A stretch of 64,000 bases of DNA from Tubulanus polymorphus (taxonomy: Eukaryota > Animalia > Nemertea): NCBI RefSeq assembly GCF_964204645.1, contig NC_134027.1, forward strand, positions 7,472,485-7,536,484, given 5' to 3'. The position numbers and the translations under genes are program-made. Under the pieces are notes generated by a model. That model saw only the letters and a program-made list of their open reading frames with translations, was not told the origin of the DNA and searched no databases. Below, in pieces: positions 25,501 through 38,141 of the stretch (position 1 is its first letter; each line of letters opens with the position of its first letter).

Positions 25501-28500
25501 ACAGGTCGTGCAAGATTTGGTGCGTATTAAAATTCCCTAAATAATTCCACGAAGGCTTAATGCTACATTAGCATTGCCTTGATTCATTGATATTTCTCTT
25601 TTAGGCGCCTCATCTCAATTGGAAAGATGTTGTCGGTGAACTGGATTTTCCCGGATTCATGGTACCAAGTAAGGCAGGGTTTAGGCTGCTAGTTCAAGCA
25701 TTGCAGCGTGCGCTAAAACAGGAAATGTTTCCTGTTGATATGATCTACCGACCTTGGAAGGCCAGCTCTGAAGGACAGGTAACTAACAAGTAGAAACACA
25801 CTATCAAGATACATTTATCCGTGTTAGCTGCTTGTTATCAGGTTTTTGAATGTAATGTTTCGCCTATTTTTGTTTAGTTATCGTGGATTCAGTACTCATT
25901 GAAATTCCCGGACGTTTTCTGTTTCGCTGACTACCCATGTCACCACGTAGTTATCGACGTACTGAAAACTCCACCGGACGACGACAACAGAGAAATCGCC
26001 ACCTGGTGGGTAATCTAAGAATTACTCGTTTTTGATGAAATTTCTACCGTATCAGATTCTTAGTCGTCATCGTTTTGTTATTTCCAGGAAATCGCTTGAT
26101 TTGATTGAGACGATTTTGCGCCTCAGTGAAGCGGGACATTATCAACAGATATCAGAGTTATTCAAGTTTCCGATGCAAAACTGTCCCGACATGTTAGTCC
26201 TTGGATTATTGCAACTGGCAAGTATCAATATACGCCGGTCAATCTATTGCAATTCCGAAATGCCATAATTTGATAAAATTTCTTAATTATTTTCAGGCAA
26301 CGAGAAATACTTTAAAAAATGAATTAATTTCCTCATTAATGCCCATCTTCCTCGGCAATCATCCAAACTCTGCCATTGTGTTGCACTATGCGTGGCATTG
26401 CCAGGTAATCACTCGCGTATATCATTTGATCTTGATTGAGTTTTGATATTTGAACATTACCTGTATTATCTACTATGTATCTTAAAACAGGGTCAGTCAA
26501 CTACTATTCGTACTCTGATCATGCATTCTATGGCTGAGTGGTATATGAGAGGCGAGCACCATGACCAAACTAGACTATCTAGAATACTGGATGTCGCTCA
26601 GGATCTCAAGGTACGTGCATGACTTAAAGACTATGATAATTTAGCATTTTGCAATTTCTGTGTGTATGCCCTGTGATTTTTAACTCATTTTTTTCTACTT
26701 GACGACGTGATTTAGCTTCATTTCATTGAATGTCATCATTTTACCTGCTGAAAGGTGTAATTGTATGTTTTGATTGTTTCAGTACTCTGTATGTCATGGT
26801 TGGGTATATATGTTCTATATTACACCTCCTCTGACTTTATTTGTTCTTTTGATATGTTGGCCTTTGGATTTGTTGATTATTTTTGTTTCAGTTACTTTCG
26901 TTGTTTTTCGAAAATGTTTTTGAAAGCATAACATCACCAGTTTTCAATTGTTAGTTCTTTTGTTTCTAGTTCAAATCATAACTAATCTAATATCTAGTTG
27001 TACACACGTACATCACCATCCTATTTCTAGCTTTCTCTTAATGACAAAGCGAGATAATTTCCTACCGAAATTTGAGTATTTGAGTTCTTTTTCACTGGCA
27101 AAATTTCTCAATCTTCGCCTGGTTTTTTTATACATGGGTACTTGAAACTTAACCAACTTAACTAAAAAAAACTCAACTATTATCTTGATTGGGGGTTCAA
27201 AATTCATGCTAGGCTGAGTTCATAAACTGAGGTTAATTTCAGTACCTAGTCTATAAAGAAGCATTCTCTTGAAATTGTTTGTAAAAGTCTAACCTAGCTA
27301 AATACTTTTTTGAAAGGATGAATAGCTTTCTTAAAGAGTTATATTATGTATTTTGTCATCGAATTTTAGGCATTGTCAATGTTGTTGAACGCAACTCCGT
27401 TCGCATTTGTGATTGACCTGGCATGTTTGGCTTCAAGACGAGAATATCTCAAACTTGATAAATGGATGTCAGATAAGATACGAGAGCATGGGGTACGTAT
27501 ACTGAGAAACATTTTGTCATTTCATACTAGAATCGCTGTAGGATAGAAATATTAATTAGTCTGGTTAGAATTTTACGATAGATTTTGTATTTACTGATAT
27601 CTGCATATCGAAATATTTCTTCGTAGGAACCGTTTGTTCAAGCAGTAGTCAACTTCCTGAAACGTCGCTGTCCCCAGCTGGTCGGTGGTCCGCCGAAAGA
27701 GGAAACACTTCAGAATAAAAGTCAACTGTTGCCCGCTGAAACCTTAAACACAATGCTCGTGTGCCTTCAGGCTTATGCACCGTAAGTTATTAATAAGATG
27801 ATGTTTGTTTCGCAGTCGGCTTAAAAACTGCTCATCGGTGAAATTACCTGAGTTCAGCTTTTCATCGACATGGCAATGATAGCACACATGTTATTACGGT
27901 GTTATGTCAATTATTTCAGATCCGTTGCTCAAGAACTGTCTGATATAATAATGACGATGGTGAACAATGCGAGCATCTTTATGAACAAAGCTCGTCAACA
28001 ACAACAACAACAGTCAGTCGGACCCGGTGTCGTCGGCTCTAAACCAATTCCAGTAGGTGGCCCAGTAAGTCTTTTAATGGCCATTTGAATCCATTATCAC
28101 TAAGTCTTATTTATCAACTGATGAGGCTAGTCATAGCCTCATAGTTTATGGATAGATCTTGAAAATCTAGACAATTGTATGGTTGTATTTATATTTGAAG
28201 ATGGACCAGATGAATAACTCGCTGAATAATCCAATGGTGAATACGCTCAGTACAAACAACACGATGATGAATAGTCTCGGATTAGGTTCGGTCGGATCGG
28301 CTATTCCTGCGGCTGCTACGAGTCTCGTCTCCGGATTCCCGTTAAACAATGCGCCTGGATCTCCGGCAAAAGGTTTCCCGTCGTTACCTCAAACGTCGCA
28401 ATCGCAGCAAGGCTTTAACACAATGCAGTCACTCGCGTCACAGTTACAAGGATTAACAATGCAGACAACGATGTCGACCGGGATACCGAGCGGTATCGGC

Positions 28501-31500
28501 ACGAGTATTAGTGGAAGTATGGCTGGTAGCCCAGGTATTGCTAGCGCTATTGGCAGTGGCCGCACTCCTACTCAAATGAATCGTACCGCACCATCTTTGA
28601 CGTCACTCAGCGCCGAATCAGCTTTAAAACAACAACAACAGCAGCAAAATGTTCGACCAGGTGCGTTCATTTTCATCATCAATCATAGTTTATGTTAAGT
28701 GTTGCTGTATGGGCTACTATGCTACTATGCATTGCTAGTCTTGACATCCCTTGGAGGCTCCCTACTACTTGATTCCTTTTAAACTCCTTCTAAATAGAAA
28801 ATGTTTTTAAAGGCGCTTGATACTTGATAAATTTGGCTTGAGCAAAATGCCTAAAACTCCTTTAAAATTCAGTTACCGAATTAAAAACTGAGTTTAGGTA
28901 GTGTAAAGGAAAAAGATTTGACAGTCCCTCGAAATTTTTTTCCTTTTAAAACTCCTTATATCCAGGAATGAATGATCTGTAGGGACCCTGTTACAATTGT
29001 ATTTATTTAGCAGAAAATACTTCCTGATTCAACACATAAAACGTTGTGATTTTTTGTGTTTGTTTCAGTGAGCTCGGTTTCCGGTGGTGACATGTCGAGC
29101 ATATTCCCGGAAATGTCGCAGCAGTTCTCGAAAGAGATCGAAGACGAAGCGAATTCGTACTTCCAACGAATTTACAACCACCCTCCGCATCCGACCATAT
29201 CGATCGACGAAGTGTTGGAGATGTTGAAACGATTCAAAGATTCGCATCGCAAGGAACGCGAAGTGTTCCAGTGTATGCTACGCAATTTATTTGAAGAATA
29301 TCGCTTCTTCCCCCAATATCCAGATAAAGAGCTTCACACAACGGCCGTCCTCTTCGGAGGTATCATAGAACAGGGACTCGTTACGTAAGTTGAATAACAA
29401 AAATACCCCCAATTCCAAAAAATGTATGTTCTTCTAATTGTGATTGATATAACAAAAATCTTAATGACAATTTTTCGTCGATTAGGTATATGTCACTTGG
29501 AATAGCTCTTAGATATGTGTTGGAAGCTCTGAGAAAACCTCACGGAACGAAGATGTTCAATTTCGGAATAGCGGCATTGGACCGTTTTAAAACCAGGTTA
29601 GTGAATTTGAGTTAAGATTTCCTGATGATGTGATAGCAAATTTGAAATTTTATTGAGTTTATGAAATTCGATATTCCAGGTTGAAGGACTATCCGCAGTA
29701 CTGTCAGCATTTAGCATCAATTGCGCATTTCAATCAGTTTCCACCTCATCTGATGGAGTACATTGAATACGGTGCTCGATCTCAGGAACCTCCTAATCGT
29801 CCGACTGGTCCGTTAACATCTCCGGATACTACTCTCGTTACCACAACAACGACCACAACAATAGCCTCTTCATCTTCATCCACAACTACTACTACTACTA
29901 CGCCTGCACCTGTTGGATCTGGAAAAGCTGTTACTAAGGTGAGCTCGGTCAGATAGCCGCTTTTGTTTGGAGTTGTAGATTGCTAAGTTGTCTCATCAAT
30001 AACTTTATTCATTTGGCTTAGCTCACATCATCAGTATTAACTTAAATCGGTGTGTTGTTGTTAAGACTAAGTACCATTCGAATCCAGTTGAAATCTTTTA
30101 CTTAGCAATACATGAATGTAAATCGATGTATCGCTGTTTGTAGTCGAATGAAGAAAACAGTCAAAGTCGACGGGTAAAAATTCTTGTCAAACTTCTTCAG
30201 TTTATTTGCTAAATTGCTCTTAAATTCATGCCTTGCACTGCTCTTCAAAATAAGCTGAATTTCTTCTCAATATGTAATTAAGAGCGGGGATGGTCGGGAT
30301 GTATTTTTCTGCTATTCCGATGTTTAACATTGACTAGTTCTATGCTTTTCCGCTACAGGCTAACTAACTCATTTTATGCTCATGGCTTATTAGCTTTTAA
30401 GTCAGCATGAATAATGATCAATATTTTTTGCTTTTTGTACTAAAAACATTTCTTTTTCCTGTTCGAAAGTAACAATGTTCTATTTCACAAGTTTATTCAT
30501 GTCACTGTGATGAAAGCAATACCGGTGGGCCAATGTAAAAGTATGTTTTGACGTAACAAGTGAAATGGTCTTCGGTTGCTCTGTTAAAAATTCTATTGAT
30601 CTTGCTGTCCATAATGTATGATATGAGGGCACTAATAATTATGGTATATTTGGCTTTGCATTTTCCTTGATTCTTTCAGGAGGAGACTACAAACTGGATT
30701 TCTTAACATATAATCAAAAACTCATGAAGAGTATCTTAACAAATGTTTGATACCGTGTAATCCCTAGTACATGAGCAGTTTATCTACAATTGCATCAATC
30801 ATTTTTTCAGCCGTCGATTGCGAATGCTACAAATATCGATACATTACTCGCCGGTAATGAAGAAGACAAAGAAGAAATTCTCGTTCCACGCGAAGCCATT
30901 CAAGATAAAGTATTCTTTATCTTCAATAACTTATCGCAATCAAACATGCAACAGAAGGTAATGCTTTCGAATAAAATTCTGAAGGTTGGCGTAGGTCAAG
31001 CCTGCAATGCATCTTTACCTGCATCGATATGATATGTGCCGTAATGAACTGAAGTGTTTAAACAAAATGTGGTTTTGGTTTTCGTATAAAGGGCGAAGAA
31101 TTAAATGAAAGCGTCGGAGATGATTACTGTGTATGGGTCGCTCAGTATCTCGTAATGAAACGAGCGAGCATCGAACCAAACTTTCATACTCTCTACGCGA
31201 ACTTCATTGACGTCGTCCGCCAACATAACCTACTAGCAACAGTCATCAAGGAAACCTATCGTAATATCAAGGTGAACAGTTATTTCTCGTCTATGATTCG
31301 TTGCCTGATTTTTTTCTAGCATTGCAAGTACTTTACTCTGCGGTAAATCTGGAATCTGCATTGAAATGAACAATTCTTATTTGTACTGTAGATTTTGTTG
31401 CGAAGTGATAAAGGAGTCGCTAACTTTTCGGATCGTTCGCTGCTGAAAAATCTTGGTCATTGGCTGGGAATGTTGACATTGGCTAAAAACAAGCCGATAC

Positions 31501-33673
31501 TCCACAATGTAAGTAATGCCATGTGTTAACCTCAAGAAATTCAGTCCCACAGTAAGTTGATAACAGTGTCAGTAGAGTCATGAAGTGTATTTATAAATGC
31601 ATTGCATATGACTTTTCGCAACCCATATTTTCTATGGTTCTTTTAATGTCTACGATGATAAGTTGTTTTTCCCATTTTATAGGATATTGACTTGAAATCA
31701 CTACTTTATGAGGCTTACCATAAAGGATCACAAGAACTCTTGTATGTTGTGCCATTTGTTGCTAAAGTAGTCGAATCATGTGCTAAGAGCAAGGTAACCT
31801 ATATCTGCTTAGTGGGCATGTTATTTTCCATTTGCAGATTATTTTGAGATTTTGTTTCGTTTTGTCTTTTTTCATTACAGGTTTTCAAACCACCAAACCC
31901 ATGGACCATGGCAATTATGAATGCTCTGTATGAACTCCACCATGAACCTGATCTTAAACTTAATCTCAAATTTGAAATCGAGGTTTTATGTAAAACTCTC
32001 AACATAGACATAAATGTGAGCATATTTTTTGCTTTTCTGTTTTCTCAATTTTCCCTGGACCCTTAGTAAAAATTCTTTTGCTTATACAGGAGCTGAAGAA
32101 TAACGGATATCTAAGCAGTATGGATAGATTAATGGTACTCGATCATCAACTTTCACCTCCGAGTAATAAAGTCATACCGAAGGAACCATCGCCCGTAGCA
32201 CTACAGCCTGAAGAACCGTCATTGGTGGTGCAATCTCCCGGCGTACCTCTAACAGCGCCGGGAATTGTCAGTAGCACATCGGTCGTACAGCTGCCGCCGA
32301 TGCCAGCAGTATCTACCCCATCGTCCATCGCTTCAGTGACTACCACCACACCGGCTGCTACTACTCCACCTCAACCGCAATTCTCATATCAAGATATCAA
32401 CACTAGTATGATTACTAGCATAACACCTCATATAAACATCAATGACCAGGTATAACTTCGATCTTACAATAAACAAGTAGCGTGTAGAATATCAAAATTT
32501 CTATTAGGTTTTCTCTTTAGGAGCATGTATTACAATTATTGTTCTGTGCTTACAGACTTTGCTTCTACAAGCAAATCCGCAACTGAAGCAATGCATACGC
32601 CAGGCTATTGAACGCTCAGTTCAGGAATTGTTGCCTCCAGTTGTTGAGCGATCAATCAAAATAGCATTAACAACCTGTGAGCAAATCGTTAAAAAGGTTC
32701 GTCTTAATCGTCATCAGCATTCGTTTTATATGTAGTTGCTGTGAATATTTTACTCTTATTGCAAATAAGGAGTAATTATATGTAAGTTTGATTTCATCTG
32801 TTAGGACTTCGCCCTTGACCCTGAGGAAGGTCGAATGCGTGCTGCTGCTCATCACATGGTGCGTAATATGACGGCTGGAATGGCGCTGATCACATGTCGA
32901 GAACCACTGACTATTAGTATCACTAATAATCTAAAGAGTTTATTCTTACAAGCTTTGCGGGTAACTGCTGTAAGTATTAAACAATATTAAGCACTCTCAT
33001 TGCGTGGATGGTTCCTAGTGGACTATTTAACTTACCTGTTACGCCTATGACCCCTGATACGGCCCAATGAAACTTGCTGATTTCTTTGAATAAAACTTCA
33101 TAATCTAAACTTTTCATAATTCTAAAATATTCTACATTTATTCATTATTGATTTCTTACTGGATTTCCGTAATTTACAGACACAGCCTCCCAAAGAGCTC
33201 CTAGAGCAGGCATGTCAGGTGATAGCATCAGAAAACGTCGAGTTAGCGTGTGCATTTATCCAGAAAACAGCTGTAGAGAAAGCCATACCTGAAATAGATA
33301 AACGACTGGCCACAGAATATGAACTTCGTAAACACGCTCGAAATGAAGGACGCAGGTATTGCGACCCCGTGGTACTGACATATCAGGCTGAGCGAATGCC
33401 CGAACCAATTAGATTAAAGGTTAGTTTAAGATTTGTTTATTTTCTTGATAAATCGGTTAATCAAGTCTTTACGTTGATGTTAGAAATCAGATGTTGGGAC
33501 TTTTAGTCTTGATAAGTTTCAGGCCATTGATTTTAAGTCGCATAATATGATGTGTCATTTGCGTGTAGGTCGGTGGTGTAACTCAACAACAGATCGCTGT
33601 ATATGAGGAATTCGCTCGCAATATTCCTGGATTTTTACCGACGGTTCCGGAAAGCTTCCCACATCAACAACAA

Positions 33674-33705
<32 letters not shown>

Positions 33706-36700
33706 ACAACAACCACCGCAACCTGCAGGATTTATGAAGCAACCGGTTCAAACTGTGAGTAGCTAACATTCGTGAGATCCTATCATTTTCAGTGAAGAAA
33801 ATTTTCAATACATAATAGAATGCGCTATTGTTTAATCTTGTCCATTCTATTTGCGGTTATCATGTATTTTTAGACCCACAGCGCAACTGATGAAATTACG
33901 CAGATTTATGATAAACTCGTGCGTGAAATTGAACAGAATATCCAGGCTATAATGCCTAATAATATGCTGACTAGTTACGCAATTATGTCATCACCACTGG
34001 CTGCTCTGCTAGAGGCTGTAATGTTGGCTAGGACATCTCGAGAGATTGTTACTGCTTTATCTTTGCTCCAGAAGGTGAGATATAATTCCGCAAATATCTT
34101 CAAAATCATGAGTTTTAATAATGGCTTCTTTATAGCGCTCCAGTGAAGGCGTAATTATCAGGACTAAACTTAAAGAAGTTTTTCATACACCAGTATTCAA
34201 TTATTTTCATTTTGTTTTAGGCTGTTGAAGGTCTGTTAGATGGCATCACATCTATAAATCTGGAACATGAAAGTGTTATCAGATACAAAGATTGTCATCT
34301 GCTCGTGCTGAAGGGACTTCAAGACCCACGTGCATACGGTCCACAATGGACTAACAAACAAGTCACCAGGTACAGTATTCTCTCCCTTAGACAAATCAAA
34401 TATCAAAGTCATTGCGAGTAAATGATTCACTAAATGTTTTGCATATTCAGATGTTTGATCGACTGTCGAGAAGACTATCGTTATAATGTTGAAGCTGTTG
34501 AGATATTAATCAGACATCACCTAGTAAACATGCAACAATATGATTTACACCTTGCGCAGGTAATTCTTATTCCTAAACTTAGTCCTATAAAACTGTTCTA
34601 TAAATGATGTGTTAGAAATTTCTGTACAGAGTACCTCTATTTCTCTCTTCGTTCTAGTCAATGGACAATGGTTTGAGTTACGTGCCTGTTGCGTTTGCGA
34701 TGGAGCTTGTAAAACGATTTTGCGTTGAAGAAAAGCATGGTACCCAAATTAACGAGGTAAAATATATGTATGCAAATGGAAAATCTGGTACGTGCATTTC
34801 AGGGGTTATACGTATGATTTGTATGAATTTTTTTGTATGTATTTCCAGGCTGATATGTACAATACAATTGAAACATTAGCACGGATAGCGCTTCATTCTA
34901 GACAAGCTCCTGATGGGTGAGTCTTCAATCCTTTCATTATTTCTAGCGAAAGTTATCTATGAAATTGTTGATCAACGTTTGAAATATTGTTTTAACAGTT
35001 TGACAGCTTTGATTGAGACTATCCGACAGCACAATGACGGAGGCCTGTTGGACTCACGCACTCAGACTGGCCCGACTGGTCCCGCTTCAATGATGCATTC
35101 TGGTATCTCCCAAGCTCGTGAATTCGACGATCCACCGGGTCTGCACGAAAAAACTGAATTCCTACTTAGAGAATGGGTGAACATGTATCACTCTGCTGCC
35201 GCTGGTAGAGACAGTACAAAAGCATTCTCGGCATTTGTTGGACAGGTAGGCGTTAATATTTTCACCAGCTGCTTGGTATTATTAAAATCCCGGGTCCGGT
35301 TTATAGACTGGTATTGACTTTCGCCCAGGGCTAAACCCAATTCATTTTCAATTGAGTTAACCCCCGGGTTAAAGTTGGTACCGGTCTATAAAACTGGCCT
35401 CTGGCTAATGGATAATATCCTCTGAATGGCAATGATTACTGAAAGCAGTGTCTCGGAAGTCGCATACATAGCTGGTTCAAAAACAGGTAAATTTATATCT
35501 TTGATTATCATGTTTTCACAGATGCATCAACAGGGAATATTGAAAACTGATGATTTGATTACGAGATTTTTCCGATTATCGACCGAAATGTGCGTAGATC
35601 TGTGTTACCGAGCGCTCGGAGAACAACAGCACAACCCGACATTGACTCGTGCCAAGTGTTTCCATACGCTCGATGCATTCGTGCGACTTATAGCTCTATT
35701 AGTGAAACATTCAGGAGACACGGCTAATACCGTCACAAAGATTAACCTATTGAATAAGGTGAGATGAAGGAACTTCTCTTCGAGACCCACGCAAATCTAT
35801 ATGAATTAAATGATTAATCTTTGATATCTCCATTTGTTGTAGGTGCTGGGAATTGTTGCTGGAGTTTTGCTTCAGGATCACGAAGTGCGTAACACCGAAT
35901 TTCAACAGTTGCCATATCATCGGATATTCATCATGCTATTTATCGAGCTAAATGCACCGGAGCATGTTCTAGAAAGCATTAACTTCCAGGTGCTTACTGC
36001 CTTCTGGTGAGTATTTGATGCGCAAGAAACTTATAAATGTTATTCAGATCTCTAATATCCATTTCACACGTGTAATGCTCTCTTATTGATTTGGTTTTGG
36101 TTTATTTCAGCAACACACTGCATATTTTGCGACCAGCTAAAGCACCCGGCTTTGCATACGCCTGGCTGGAGTTGGTTTCCCATCGAGTCTTCATTGGTAG
36201 AATGCTGGCCATCACTCCACAACAACGGGTAAAGATCCATTCCCTGCTTCTCCGCTTTCCCTCTGAAACCTATTCTGGCCGATATGTGGTTGTATAATTC
36301 GATTCATTTTAATTTCCAGGGTTGGGGAATGTACGCTCAACTGTTGATCGATTTGTTCAAGTTTTTGGCTCCGTTCTTAAGAAACGCCGACCTCACAAAA
36401 CCAACTCAACTACTATACAGGGTAATGACAAAATATTTAGTTTGAACATCTTGTAGGAATTTGCAATATTTTTTAGGGGATTTTCACCTGCTATTCTATT
36501 AAAATGCTGTCTGTGTGATTATTTCAGGGCACTCTACGAGTATTACTCGTCTTGTTGCACGATTTCCCGGAGTTTCTCTGCGATTATCATTACGCGTTCT
36601 GCGACGTCATCCCGCCAAATTGTATACAGATGCGAAACTTGATCCTCAGCGCTTTCCCGCGAAACATGCGTCTGCCCGATCCGTTCACGCCGAATCTCAA

Positions 36701-38141
36701 AGTCGACATGTTGACAGAAATCGCTCAAGCTCCACGTATTCTGACGAACTATGTGAACTTGATTCAACCGGTTACGTTTAAGAAGGTATGCTTTCATAGT
36801 TGAACGAACTGTTTCTTGTCTTAATGAATGTTCAATTGTTGAACGGGAATTAATGTCAATTACAGGATTTGGATTCGTATTTGAAGACGAGATCTCCAGT
36901 TACATTCTTATCAGATCTCAGAAGTAACTTACAGGTTAGTTTTAACGCGATAGAATGCAGAAAATTTTTCATCGACAGGGTGAGCCTAAGGTTAACGGTC
37001 GATATAACTCTTGATATCCATCAATTTTCTCGCAGGTTGGAAGTGAACCGGGTAATCGTTATAATATCGCGTTGATTAACGCATTAGTGTTGTACGTCGG
37101 AACGCAGGCGATAACCTACATTAACAGTAAAGGGTTAACACCGAGTATGAGCACGATCGCTCACTCTTCGCACATGGATATCTTCCAGAATTTAGCTGTG
37201 GATCTCGATACTGAAGGTAAGGAGAGGGAGGAGGGAGCGAAAAGAATATTGAGGGAATGATTCGTTTCGTTTATGTACATTTCATGCGGATATTATTTCC
37301 CTTTCGTCAACTTAAACGATAATCATTTTCCGTGTTTGATTTTCAGGTCGTTATTTGTTCCTGAACGCTGTAGCGAATCAGCTACGCTATCCGAACAGTC
37401 ATACGCATTACTTCAGTTGTACATTATTGTATCTATTCGTTGAAGCTAATACTGAGGCTATACAAGAACAGGTGACCAGGTAAGCTATTCAATACGTCAT
37501 TCCTGCCATCTCCAAACTTGTTTCGCCGATTCAGCTCAATAAATCAACATTCATGTATACTGTATTTCAGGGTATTGTTGGAACGTTTGATAGTAAACCG
37601 TCCTCATCCTTGGGGTCTTTTAATCACCTTCATCGAACTCATCAAAAATCCTCAGTTTAAGTTCTGGAATCATGAATTTGTACACTGTGCACCAGAAATA
37701 GAAACGTAAGTAGACCCATCGAACTAAAGTCTTAGTGATACAGTAAAGCATGTTTAAGTCAGATCTTTTTTGCAATAGGGAATATTGTGTGAAAATCTGA
37801 GGACTAACTTAACCTTAGAAGTATAGTAAATGGTCCAAAGAATTTATATGACTTGCTGATATGCATTGATTTGGCTTAAAAAATCCTACCTAAGTAGGTT
37901 TGAATGTAATAGTGCATAAAATATGAATAAGATTTAAAAACGTACCGCTATCTTAATATTTATATTTCGGGCAATATTGTTGAAATGAGTGGTATGAATA
38001 TTAGATACTGTATATAGAATCTATAGTTATTTCTATTTTCATTGATTTTGTAGATTGTTCGAATCGGTCGCGAGGTCTTGTATGCAGCCAAAAGCTAAAA
38101 GTTTAACAACTCGTGAAAATGAAACTGTTGAAGCTCATTGA
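22573..38141 (+). CDS. CNOT1: CCR4-NOT transcription complex subunit 1 (scaffold), many short introns
   Basis: Start [15 protein letters not shown]; [116 protein letters not shown]; ends LFESVARSC...EAH* at 38141. Confidence 0.98.
28755..28990. mobile_element. Probable hAT-like MITE remnant in a CNOT1 intron
   Basis: Right end gtagggaccctg, degenerate left end ggctccctac, and internal repeated aaactcctt motifs; TSD not clear. Confidence 0.35.
33665..33712 (+). repeat. CAA/CAG repeat encoding a polyglutamine tract (16 Q) in CNOT1
   Basis: Read directly within a CNOT1 exon. Confidence 0.9.
35293..35400. mobile_element. PIF/Harbinger-type MITE
   Basis: ggtccggtttatagactggtat...taccggtctataaaactggcct|ctg; termini closely similar to the 20835 element. 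Confidence 0.65.
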
